Shown: positions 1 to 9,365 of the stretch, in pieces
How the letters are laid out: every line of letters begins with the position of its first letter
Position numbering within the stretch: position 1 is the stretch's first letter
Assembly: GCA_963667175.2 (NCBI GenBank)
Contig: CAXXXF010000017.1
Span: 1-64,000, forward strand
Direction: 5' to 3'
DNA: 64,000 bases
Source of the DNA: Candidatus Latescibacterota bacterium
GTDB taxonomy: Bacteria > Latescibacterota > UBA2968 > GCA-2709665
Notes under the pieces: model-generated
Told to the model about the DNA's origin: nothing
Databases searched by the model: none
What the model saw: only the letters and a program-made list of their open reading frames with translations
Made by a program: the position numbers and the translations under genes

Positions 1-821
1 GCCGCAAGCGCTTCGAGAATCCCCTTCAGATAGCCGATGCTGCGCGCGGCGATCGTTTCCGGGTCCGGTTCGAAATCGAATACTTCCACCGATACGTAAC
101 CGTTGTATCTCAGATCCTTCAGCGCCCTCAGAATCGGCGCGAACCGAAGCTCCCCGAATCCGGGTCCGCGCAGATTGGGGTCGTTGACATGGACGTGCCG
201 CATGGCGCTTCCGGCCCGGGCAATCACCTCCGTATGGGACGCGGCCTCCGCAGCCGCCGCACGGCAGTCCACCATCGTCTGAAAATTAGGATGCCCCACG
301 GCGTCAACCAGCTTCAGGGCCTCGCCCACACTGATTACGAAATTGGTCTCCTGATCCGTCAGCGGCTCGATGCAATACGTGACGCCACGATCGGACATCA
401 GGTCCGAGCACCCGGCGAACAGTTCGACGGCCCTGTCGAAACAGTCGTCCGGGTCCCATCCCTCCTGGATATTCCGCTGCTGGGGCGAGCCGTGAATCAT
501 CACTTCGCCCCCGAGATCGCCGCAGAAGTCGATCAACGCCTTCACGTAGTCCTGCGTGCGCTGCCGGACCCGCCGGTCCGGGTGGTTGATGTACAGACCG
601 GCGGGTTTCACCAGCAGCCAATGCAGACCCACGATCTCCACACCGGCCGCTTCGGCAGCCCGGCGAATGTCCCGCCTGCTGCCGGTCGAAACGTCGTGGA
701 CCGTCTCCGCCAGGGTGAACGGCGCAATCTCGACACCGTCGCATCCGATCCGCGCGGCATAGTCAAAAACCCGTTCGATTTCCCAGCCTTCGAAAAACTC
801 ATTACACACCGCAAGCTTCAT
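1..821 (-). CDS. Sugar phosphate isomerase/epimerase (xylose isomerase-like TIM barrel, D-tagatose 3-epimerase-like); runs off the window's left edge
   Basis: Manual translation from ATG at 821 (GGAGG RBS upstream): MKLAVCNEFFEGWEIERVFDYAARIGCDGVEIAPFTL...HVHVNDPNLRGPGFG...GYVSVEVFDF. Absent from the ORF track because no stop falls inside the window. Confidence 0.85.
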   Translation of the reverse strand, partial: MKLAVCNEFFEGWEIERVFDYAARIGCDGVEIAPFTLAETVHDVSTGSRRDIRRAAEAAGVEIVGLHWLLVKPAGLYINHPDRRVRQRTQDYVKALIDFCGDLGGEVMIHGSPQQRNIQEGWDPDDCFDRAVELFAGCSDLMSDRGVTYCIEPLTDQETNFVISVGEALKLVDAVGHPNFQTMVDCRAAAAEAASHTEVIARAGSAMRHVHVNDPNLRGPGFGELRFAPILRALKDLRYNGYVSVEVFDFEPDPETIAARSIGYLKGILEALA

Positions 822-898
822 TGACGGCACCTCCTGGCGTTCAACCGGAATCCGGGCCATGTATCGAGTACTACGACATCCCGGGTTCGACAAAATGC

Positions 899-927
899 TT
901 GACAGAAGCGCTCACTTTCTCTAACAT
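899..927 (+). promoter_or_regulatory. Putative sigma70 promoter for the ABC ATPase
   Basis: TTGACA (899-904), 17-nt spacer, TAACAT (922-927). Confidence 0.55.
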
Positions 928-988
928 ACGCGGGCGATCTACAAAATCCAAGAAAAACGTAGGGAAGCTGTCTTAAGGAGAAGCCTCT

Positions 989-1778
989 ATGGCGTCGGCG
1001 CCCAATGCCCGATCCGCAGGGCCGGAAAATGAAGATCATATCATCGAGGTGCACGACGTCTGGAAGACCTACGCCATGGGAGACCAGGAAGTCCACGCGC
1101 TTCGCGGCGTGTCTCTCGACGTTATCCGGGGCGAATACCTCTCCATCATGGGGCCCGTCCGGCTCCGGAAAGACGACGCTGTTCAATATGGTCGGCGCCC
1201 TGGACCGCCCCACAAAGGGCACGGTCGTGGTCAATGCCATCGAAATGGGAAGCCTCAGCCAGTCGCAAATTGCCTACCTCCGGTGCCACAATATCGGCTA
1301 TATATTCCAGAGTTTCAATCTCATCCCGGTCATGACGGCTCTGGAAAACGTCGCGCTACCCATGGTTTTTTCGGGAATGAAGAAATCGGAATACGAGGAG
1401 AAGGCCGCCCACAAGCTGTCACTGGTGGGGCTGGGGGAGCGTCTTCGCCACAACCCGTACGAACTCTCGGGAGGCCAGCAGCAGCGCGTGGCCATCGCCC
1501 GGGCCATTGCCAACGACCCCGACCTGGTTCTCGCGGACGAACCCACCGGCAACCTGGACCTGAAAACAGGGCAGGAGATCATCGAGTTGCTGCAAAGACT
1601 CCAGTCGGAGAGCGGCGTCACTATCGTCACCAACACGCACGACCACAAGATGCTGGTCGCGTCCGACCGCGTCGTGGACCTGCGCGACGGACAGGTGGAA
1701 CTGGTTCGCAGGCGTGATGAAATCGACATTCAGGAAGGGCGCATCGAGGGACTGGATATTGAAGAACTGAGCAATTGA
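989..1778 (+). CDS. ABC transporter ATP-binding protein (LolD/MacB-type), with an apparent 1-nt frameshift near 1155
   Basis: The N-terminus IIEVHDVWKTYAMGDQEVHALRGVSL...SIMGP is in the 989 frame. Walker A SGSGKTT, signature LSGGQQQRVAIARA, Walker B LVLADEPTGNLD and the H-loop are in the 1005 frame. One extra base in ggggcccgtcc. Confidence 0.9.
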
Positions 1779-1906
1779 CAGAAGGTAGCGCGCGAAAAAA
1801 ACGAGGCGTCCGTCGGAACGACGAACGCCTTTTCGCGTATACCAGTCTATTCAAGCGTTTCCGGAGGTCGATTCGCCCGCCGTCCCGCAGCAGGAATCAC
1901 GGACTG

Positions 1907-2086
1907 CTAACGCGCTTGTGATCCATGAAGAAGGTCGTAATACCCGTTCTGTTCCAGACGGCGGATCAACTCCCGAATCACGGCGGCGTCAACGCGGAAC
2001 ACTTCGGCGATCTGTTCAGGCGTACGGCCTTCCTGCGCCAGTTCAATCAACCGGTCGCGGTTCACGATGATTTCGGGAACGGCCAT
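1907..2086 (-). CDS. Small helix-turn-helix protein (59 aa)
   Basis: MAVPEIIVNRDRLIELAQEGRTPEQIAEVFRVDAAVIRELIRRL; HTH pattern; GGAGG RBS; lies directly downstream of tRNA-Phe. Confidence 0.65.
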   Translation of the reverse strand: MAVPEIIVNRDRLIELAQEGRTPEQIAEVFRVDAAVIRELIRRLEQNGYYDLLHGSQAR

Positions 2087-2117
2087 CGTCGCCCTCCGGT
2101 TAATCCCGCAGGGGAAT

Positions 2118-2193
<76 letters not shown>

Positions 2194-2240
2194 CCGTCTC
2201 ACGGATGATCGCGTACCTGCAACTGTGCGACAAACGCGCA

Positions 2241-2269
2241 AATCTAACAAAACGGCGCCTGGATGTCAA
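2241..2269 (-). promoter_or_regulatory. Putative sigma70 promoter of tRNA-Phe
   Basis: Minus strand TTGACA, 17 nt, TAGATT. Confidence 0.6.
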
Positions 2270-2443
2270 GACAGTTGCGATTGTTTGCAATGGGCAGAAC
2301 TGTGACGCCACATCCGCGAAACCCGGTAAAGCGGAACCGGCGCTCCATGCCGTCAGGTCGCGCGTACCGGTCGAGTCAGAACACACGGCCGGAACGCCGT
2401 CTGCTTTCGAAAACGCCCAGTCTCTGATACACGAGGCCGAACC

Positions 2444-4450
2444 GTGGCCAAGCCGGAGCGTACAGCCGACACCTTCGAAACAACTGCGGCGTCCGCTGAA
2501 TCAGCCCGAGGCGTCACCCTCCGATCCTTGCTTTCGGGACTGGCGCTGGTCGTGGGCCTGGACGCCCTGGCGATCCACCTCAGGTACGTGGTACATGGCT
2601 CGCTAATGACCTACAGCCACGTACCGATGGCCATGCTCATCGTGTTTACGCTGATGATTATGGCCGGCGCGCTCATGGCGCGATTTTTCCGGTGGAAACT
2701 CTCGCAGGCGGAGTGGCACACCGTTCTGGCCATGGGCGTCGTCGGCGCGGCCGTTCCGGGTTTCGGCCTGAGCGGATATCTGCTCGGTTATATTGCGACC
2801 CCCTACTATTTCGCAACCGAAGTCAACGAATGGAACACCTACCTGCATCCGTACATCAATCCGTGGCTGATCCCGTCCGACGAAAACAAGGCGGTCACCT
2901 GGTTTTTCGAAGGGGCGCCCGAGGGCGCGCAGATCCCGTGGGACGCGTGGCTGCTGCCCCTGCTCTGGTGGACGACGTTCATTATGGCGGCATTCGTGGT
3001 CCTGGCCTGTGTCGCCGTCGTATTCCGCCGACAATGGGTCCAGAACGAACGCCTGGCCTTTCCGGCCATGGCGCCGCTGATTCACATGGCGGAAGAACCC
3101 GGCAGCGGTAGATTCGCGCTGCCCGATTTCACGAAGAGTTACCTGTTCTGGATCGGCTTCGGTCTGGCCTTCGGGATGATCGCCTGGAACTGCATCAATT
3201 ATTTCCTGCCCGGCTTCCCGCAGTTTCCGGTCTATCGCGGCAGATGGTACTGGATCGATCGTCAACTTCCGCCTGCCTTTGGATTCCTCGGTCTGTTTAC
3301 TATCTTTTTCTCCTATTTCGCCAGCCTGGACGTTTTGTTCAGTATTTGGTTCTTCGACCTGCTGTTCATCGTCGAAGGCGGCTGGCTGCACCGCCGAGGG
3401 GTTACGGCCATATCGCCATACTATTACCGGGGGGTCTACTACTGGCAGACCAAGGGGGCTTTCGCCATGCTGGCCGCTTCTGTTTTCTGGGTCGCCAGAC
3501 GCCACATCAGGGATGTATTCCGCAAGGCCTGGAACAGGGACCATCCGATGGACGACCGTGACGAACCGCTCTCCTGCCGTACGGCTGTTATCGCCTTGAT
3601 TGTCGGTCTCGCCTTCATGTGGCTCTGGCTTTCACGCATCGGTTTCGACCCGCTTCTGGCGGCCTTGCTACTTCCGGCGGTCATCTTCACATACGTCGGC
3701 CTGGCCAAGATTCTCGCGGAGACCGGCATGCCGTACACCAACGTACCCGCGGGCCCGTGGGGTCTTGTGGCGCCTTTCATCGGGGGATCGAACGTCAACG
3801 AAGGTACGCGGGTCGCCCTCCGGTTCGCGTCCAGAATCACGTCCCACTTCAAAGGGCTCTTCCTGCCCGCACTTGCGCACGCCGGACGCGTTGCGGAGGG
3901 CGTGCGGGGCGACCGCCGACGTCTCATGTATGCCGTTGTACTGGCCTTTCTTGTCAGTTTTGTCGCGAGCGTTCTGCTCACGATCCAACTGGGATACCGG
4001 GACGGCGCCTACAATTTCAACTCCTGGGAAATCGTGCGGGCGGGCCCCAAACATTTCGAAGGCACCGCCACGTCCGTCAAGAACTACCTTACGAAAGAAC
4101 CCGATCTGCCAGTTTACCGGGAACATCCGGACTACATGGCGTTCTTCGGCCTGGGCGGCCTGGCCACACTTCTGCTGATCTTCCTGCGGCATCGCTTCAC
4201 CTGGTGGCCGCTGCATCCGGTCGGACTGGCCATCTCCGGTTCGTATCTCGCACGGCGAACCAGCATGACCATCTTGCTGGCCTGGCTTGTCAAACTGGTG
4301 ATGTTGAAAATGGGCGGGCCCTCCGTGTACCGAAAGTCCCGCCCGCTTTTTATCGGCCTGCTCGCCGGTTACATACTGGGCGTAGCCCTCTCCGCGTTCA
4401 TCGACGTCTTCTGGTTCCCCGAACGCGGCCACAGCGTTCATCGCTTCTGA
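2444..4450 (+). CDS. Polytopic membrane protein, DUF6785/DUF6784-like (OPT-related putative transporter)
   Basis: 668 aa with many TM segments; motifs RRQWVQNERLAFP and WWPLHPVG; paralogous to 55003..56971. Confidence 0.75.
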   Translation: MAKPERTADTFETTAASAESARGVTLRSLLSGLALVVGLDALAIHLRYVVHGSLMTYSHVPMAMLIVFTLMIMAGALMARFFRWKLSQAEWHTVLAMGVVGAAVPGFGLSGYLLGYIATPYYFATEVNEWNTYLHPYINPWLIPSDENKAVTWFFEGAPEGAQIPWDAWLLPLLWWTTFIMAAFVVLACVAVVFRRQWVQNERLAFPAMAPLIHMAEEPGSGRFALPDFTKSYLFWIGFGLAFGMIAWNCINYFLPGFPQFPVYRGRWYWIDRQLPPAFGFLGLFTIFFSYFASLDVLFSIWFFDLLFIVEGGWLHRRGVTAISPYYYRGVYYWQTKGAFAMLAASVFWVARRHIRDVFRKAWNRDHPMDDRDEPLSCRTAVIALIVGLAFMWLWLSRIGFDPLLAALLLPAVIFTYVGLAKILAETGMPYTNVPAGPWGLVAPFIGGSNVNEGTRVALRFASRITSHFKGLFLPALAHAGRVAEGVRGDRRRLMYAVVLAFLVSFVASVLLTIQLGYRDGAYNFNSWEIVRAGPKHFEGTATSVKNYLTKEPDLPVYREHPDYMAFFGLGGLATLLLIFLRHRFTWWPLHPVGLAISGSYLARRTSMTILLAWLVKLVMLKMGGPSVYRKSRPLFIGLLAGYILGVALSAFIDVFWFPERGHSVHRF

Positions 4451-4554
4451 TCGATGGCGACGGGCGGTTCCGGCTTCATCGGGCCCGCGGTACGGTTCGT
4501 ATCGCCGCCGCCGACAGGATGCCGGGATTCGGAAGATCCCGACGTGAACTCCCT

Positions 4555-7500
4555 ATGAATTACGTCCGAAACATCGGACTCGTCCTGACGCTCTTGGTCA
4601 CCGCTGCCGCATTCTTCTGCCTGGCGGTTGGACCGGACCGCGTCAACCCGTACCTCGCCGCCATGCTGGGTCTGAAAGCGCCCGTTTCCAAGCCGCCCGC
4701 GTCTGTTCTCGAAGCGAGCGCGACTTCGGTTCGCGTGCTCGATTCCGTATCGGACGCCGGCGTGAGGGCGCACGTTGCCCGCTTTACGGAGCACCGGTCA
4801 CGAGTTCCCGGCTACCCCGGACACGCGGCCGCCGCCGAGTACATCCGGCGCAGTTTCGAAAGCGCCGGTCTCCAGGACGTCCGCGCCGAGCCGTTCGACG
4901 TCACCTCGCCGGTCGACCAGGGCGGCAGCCTGACGCTTTTGCGGGACAATGTCTCGTTTCCCATCCACGCGGTCTGGCCGAACCTCGTCAAGACCTCCAC
5001 CCTGCCGCGGGAGGGGGTCCGCACGCGATTGATCTACGGCGCATCCGGGGAATTCGCCGACTTCAACGGTCATGCGCTCGAAGGCGCGGCCGTTCTCATG
5101 GAATTCAACACCCGGAACAACTGGCTGAACGCGGCCACCCTGGGGGCGGGGCAGATCATCTTCATTGAACCCGATTCGACGTTCTATTCCGAAGCCGAGC
5201 GAAAATTTCTGCAGGTGCCGAACAGCGTGGAACGATTCTGGATCGACAAAGAGTCGGGGCAGGCTCTGAAGACGCTGCTTGAACGTCGCGGCGAACTTGA
5301 AATCGAACTGAAGGCGAGAATGGAGTGGGAGAAACACACCGCCCACAACATCCTGGGTTTCCTTCCGGGTACGGATCCGGACCTGAAGGAACAGATCGTC
5401 GTGATCAACGCGTACTACGACGCCATGTCCGTCGTCCCCGCGCTTGCCCCCGGCGCCGAGATGGCAAGCGGCGCCGTCGCCCTTCTGGAACTGGTCAACT
5501 ACTTCAAGCGATATCCGCCGGGGCGCACGGTACTCTTTCTGGCCACTTCGGCACACCACCTGGGCTTTCGCGGTATCTGCGATTTTCTGGGCCGCCACGC
5601 AAGAAAGGAAAGGCACTTCGCCGCCCTGATGACCGACCCCATAGATATTCGTCTCTTCATCGGGCTGGACCTGTCGAGCCAGACGGCGCAGGTCGGCGTC
5701 TGGAACAGCACGCGCAACTTCTACTACAACCGGTTCTTCACACCGTTCGGCAAAGAGTTCGTCCGCATTTCGCAGGCGATCGCACCGGCTTTCGGCCTCG
5801 ACCCGAATCAGGCGCTGCTGGACGGCATCAACCCCACCGGCGGTATGACCTGGGATATGTTCATCCCCGGCGCGAACCTGAAGACCGACGGCGAAGTCGT
5901 CCTCGAAGCCGGCACCCTCGCCCTGTCCCTGGTCACATTGAACGACGCACGCTTCCGGGTCGATACGCCCCTGGACCTGCCGGAAGGGGTAAACTTCGAA
6001 AATCTCACAAAACAGGTCCGCCTGATTACGGGCGTACTCGACATTGCCCTGAACGACCCGACGCTCATCCCCGACTATCGACTCAATCCCGACGACCGGA
6101 TGCGCGGCCTGAAGGGTTTCGTACGTACCTTTCCAAGGCGCAGCATCGTTCCCGATCGGCCCAAGGCCGGCGCCATCGCCGCGCTCCGGATGGGCATCGA
6201 CAAATCGGTCAAAGGCGTCCGGCGCATCTACTACGACCTGGCCGACGAGAACGGTGAATTCTACATGCCCGGGATTGCCGAACGCCGCGTCTCCGTCAGC
6301 GCCTACTTTCAGGATCCGGAGACCGGAGAGATTACCTACGCGCCAAACTACGGGCAGCAGGCGCGCATCTACCGGGGCGACTTCGACATGGACTGGTGGA
6401 TCTCGAAGCGTAACATCATCCTGTTCCCGTGCATCGCCACCGACTTTTACGATACCGTCGATCCGCGTTATCTTACGAAACTCTCCCAGATAAGCGTCTA
6501 CGGCAGCGGCAACGTCACGCCGCAGGAATACGGTTACGCGATCGGCTTCGGCTCCACGGAACCCGTGGGCGCCCTGTTCACGCGTCCGGGCGAGCGGATC
6601 AAAGTCGCCATGAGGGCCGGCGGCGTCGCCGCGGGCTCCGGCGACGTCGGCATCCGGTTCCTGCTGCTGAACGCACAGAGCGCCGAGAATGAAGAAATCG
6701 CACGGGGCACGGGTTACCCCACGCTGACGCACGGGTCGTTTGCGCGCACCTCGTTTCTGGCCGCAAGGGATATGTGGATCCTGAACGAGGCCCGAAAGCG
6801 GGAGATGCAGAAATACGCCATCGAGAACCAGCGTCTGAACATGCTGCACAGCCGCACCCGCCACCACCTGGACAGGGCAGAGGCCGCCATGTCGGAAAAG
6901 CGCTGGGACGTCTTCATGAAGCACACCCGCGCGGCGCTCGGCATCGAATCGCGCGCCTATCCCGACGTCAAAGACACGCAGAACGACGTGGTACGCGGCG
7001 TCGTCTTCTTCATGGCCCTGGTCATCCCATGCGCATTTTTCGCCGAACGCCTCATCATTAGCGCGGTGGATATCCGAAGGCAGATCGCCGGATTTATCGG
7101 CATTTTTGTGCTCATCTGGCTTTTTCTTTCAAACGTGCATCCGGCATTCGAAATCTCCAACCCCCTGGTGGTTCTGCTCGCGTTCGTCATTCTGGCGCTG
7201 GCGGCCTTCGTGATTTCCCTTGTTTTCAATCGTTTCAATGAAACCATGCGCCGGTTACGGGTCCCGGAAGTGCTGCTGCACGAGACCGACGTCGGGCGAG
7301 TCTCCGCCTCCCTGGCCGCCTTCCAACTCGGCATCGCAAACATGAAACGTCGCAAACTGCGCACGGCGCTTACGTTCACCACGCTCCTGCTCCTCACGTT
7401 TACCGTACTGTCGTTCACGTCCATCAAGTCGGCTCTCGAATTTCGCCGGACTCCCATAGGCACGGAGGGTCCGTACCCCGGAATGCTCATCCGGAGCAAG

Positions 7501-9090
7501 TTCTGGGGCCCTCTGGAAGACGTGGTCTACGATTACGCCGTCACCCACTTCGGAGAATCCGCAATAGCGGCGCCCAGAAGCTGGTACTATACCCGGGAAA
7601 AGAAGATTATCCCCGTCGAGTCCGATAACGGCTCAGCACACGTACTCGGCGTCCTTGGCATGACGCCCCAGGAAGCGCGCGTCACCGGTGTGCATCAGAC
7701 CCTCAAGAGCGGCCGCTGGTTCCGCCCGGGCGAATCCGCGTGCATCCTGCCGGATAAGATCGCGGGACTCCTCGGCGTTGACCCCGGGCGGCCGGAGGCG
7801 TCCAGCGTCCGGGTGTTCGGGGAATCGCTGCCGGTGATCGGCCTGATCGACGCCGGGGCATTCAGCGAGCTTAAGGACCTTGACGAGGAACCCCTCAGTC
7901 CCGCTGACTTCAAGCTTACCGACGAGGAAGCCATCGAACAGATGACCACACAGGAAACGCGGGAAAAACAGGGCCTGGAACAGCCGGAAGTCGAGATCAT
8001 GCCCTTCGAGCACATCAACCCCGACGATATCCTGATCGTACCGTACCGGTTCCTGCGTCAGGTGGGCAGCCCGCTACAGTCGGTCGCACTCCGCTTCGAT
8101 GTCGGATCAGACGTGGAGAGCTACGTCAAGGAACTCCTCTCCAGGCTGTCGGTCGTGCTCTTTGCCGGCCTTCCGGATCCGGAAGGGCGCATCAACGTCT
8201 CCGTTTTCAGCTCGCTCGGGGACACGTCGAGTCGCGGGTTGAGCCATCTCTTTATTCCTATCCTCATCGCTTCGCTCATCGTGCTGAACACCATGATGGG
8301 GTCCGTGTACGAACGGTTTCGGGAAATCGGCGTCTATTCCGCGGTGGGCCTGGCGCCGGTGCACGTCGCCTTTCTCTTTATTGCCGAAGCCTGCGTCTAC
8401 GCCGTCCTCGGCACGGTAAGCGGTTATCTGTTGGGCCAGGGCGTTGCCAAGCTGCTGCTCTGGCAGGACTTACTCTCCGGCGTCTCGCTCAACTACTCCG
8501 CCCGGTCCGCGGTTGCCTCGTCCGCCCTGGTCATGGCCGTGGTCATCCTGTCCACCCTCTATCCCGCCAGGCAGGCGTCGCTGATGGCCGTTCCGGACGT
8601 GTCCCGCCGTTGGAAAATACCGGAGCCCGACGGCGATGACTGGCGTTTCGAATTCCCCTTTACCGTTGGCGGAAACGACGTATTCGGGCTCTGTGTATTT
8701 CTTACAGACTACTTCGACTCTCACAGCGGCGAAGCGATGGGGGCGTTTTATACGGACGGCGCCCAACTGTACGGGAAGGGAAGCGACGACGAGAGGGGAT
8801 ACGCGATCCGCACGACCCTGTGGCTTGCGCCCTTCGATCTGGGCGTGAGCGAGGAGCTTCGCTTCGAGGCGGAACCCACAGGTCAGTTCGATATCTACAC
8901 ACTGACGCTCACCCTCAGGCGACGCTCGGGCGAAGTCGCCTCATGGCGAAGGGTCAACCAGGGCTTCATGAACGCCCTGCGCAAACAATTCCTCATCTGG
9001 AGGACCGTCGACCCCGCCGAAAAAGCGGCGTACAGGGAAAAGGGCATGCGGAACCTCGTATCGGACGAGCAGGAGTCGAAACCGGTCTGA
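4555..9090 (+). CDS. M28-peptidase-like ectodomain fused to FtsX/MacB-like ABC permease (about 1511 aa)
   Basis: Likely start MNYVRNIG at 4555. PA/M28-like region NILGFLPG..VINAYYD..APGA..SG; RRKLRTALT TM start; FtsX C-terminal motif NTMMGSVYERFREIGVYSAVG. Confidence 0.8.
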   Translation: MNYVRNIGLVLTLLVTAAAFFCLAVGPDRVNPYLAAMLGLKAPVSKPPASVLEASATSVRVLDSVSDAGVRAHVARFTEHRSRVPGYPGHAAAAEYIRRSFESAGLQDVRAEPFDVTSPVDQGGSLTLLRDNVSFPIHAVWPNLVKTSTLPREGVRTRLIYGASGEFADFNGHALEGAAVLMEFNTRNNWLNAATLGAGQIIFIEPDSTFYSEAERKFLQVPNSVERFWIDKESGQALKTLLERRGELEIELKARMEWEKHTAHNILGFLPGTDPDLKEQIVVINAYYDAMSVVPALAPGAEMASGAVALLELVNYFKRYPPGRTVLFLATSAHHLGFRGICDFLGRHARKERHFAALMTDPIDIRLFIGLDLSSQTAQVGVWNSTRNFYYNRFFTPFGKEFVRISQAIAPAFGLDPNQALLDGINPTGGMTWDMFIPGANLKTDGEVVLEAGTLALSLVTLNDARFRVDTPLDLPEGVNFENLTKQVRLITGVLDIALNDPTLIPDYRLNPDDRMRGLKGFVRTFPRRSIVPDRPKAGAIAALRMGIDKSVKGVRRIYYDLADENGEFYMPGIAERRVSVSAYFQDPETGEITYAPNYGQQARIYRGDFDMDWWISKRNIILFPCIATDFYDTVDPRYLTKLSQISVYGSGNVTPQEYGYAIGFGSTEPVGALFTRPGERIKVAMRAGGVAAGSGDVGIRFLLLNAQSAENEEIARGTGYPTLTHGSFARTSFLAARDMWILNEARKREMQKYAIENQRLNMLHSRTRHHLDRAEAAMSEKRWDVFMKHTRAALGIESRAYPDVKDTQNDVVRGVVFFMALVIPCAFFAERLIISAVDIRRQIAGFIGIFVLIWLFLSNVHPAFEISNPLVVLLAFVILALAAFVISLVFNRFNETMRRLRVPEVLLHETDVGRVSASLAAFQLGIANMKRRKLRTALTFTTLLLLTFTVLSFTSIKSALEFRRTPIGTEGPYPGMLIRSKFWGPLEDVVYDYAVTHFGESAIAAPRSWYYTREKKIIPVESDNGSAHVLGVLGMTPQEARVTGVHQTLKSGRWFRPGESACILPDKIAGLLGVDPGRPEASSVRVFGESLPVIGLIDAGAFSELKDLDEEPLSPADFKLTDEEAIEQMTTQETREKQGLEQPEVEIMPFEHINPDDILIVPYRFLRQVGSPLQSVALRFDVGSDVESYVKELLSRLSVVLFAGLPDPEGRINVSVFSSLGDTSSRGLSHLFIPILIASLIVLNTMMGSVYERFREIGVYSAVGLAPVHVAFLFIAEACVYAVLGTVSGYLLGQGVAKLLLWQDLLSGVSLNYSARSAVASSALVMAVVILSTLYPARQASLMAVPDVSRRWKIPEPDGDDWRFEFPFTVGGNDVFGLCVFLTDYFDSHSGEAMGAFYTDGAQLYGKGSDDERGYAIRTTLWLAPFDLGVSEELRFEAEPTGQFDIYTLTLTLRRRSGEVASWRRVNQGFMNALRKQFLIWRTVDPAEKAAYREKGMRNLVSDEQESKPV

Positions 9091-9365
9091 AAGAACACGC
9101 GCCGCCGATGAACCGTTTCGTTCTCCCGGTATTGCAACGCTGAAATAGCCTTTGCAAAATCAGGCTTTGTATGTATTTTTCAGGCCCTTATTACGGGGAG
9201 CACCGTATTGTTTACATCCTCCCACTCTTCTTTGGTTGGATCCGGATGTCGACGATTTGCTGCTCCTGAAAATAAATGGAAGCTGACAACTGCTCTTCCT
9301 GACCACTGGCCACTGTCCACTATTTACTGCTCCTGGTAATAACCTTTAAATCGTATTGACCCTCT

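Noticed and set aside
3619-4554. N-terminal 312 aa of the 1823-aa ORF
   Set aside because: It overlaps the DUF6785-like gene in another frame and reads as Arg/Pro-rich shadow sequence. The credible start is MNYVRNIG at 4555.
4798-6924. Long antisense ORFs (e.g. 708 aa here; also 48832-50568 and 58750-60276)
   Set aside because: They mirror well-supported genes in high-GC DNA and contain no recognisable motifs.
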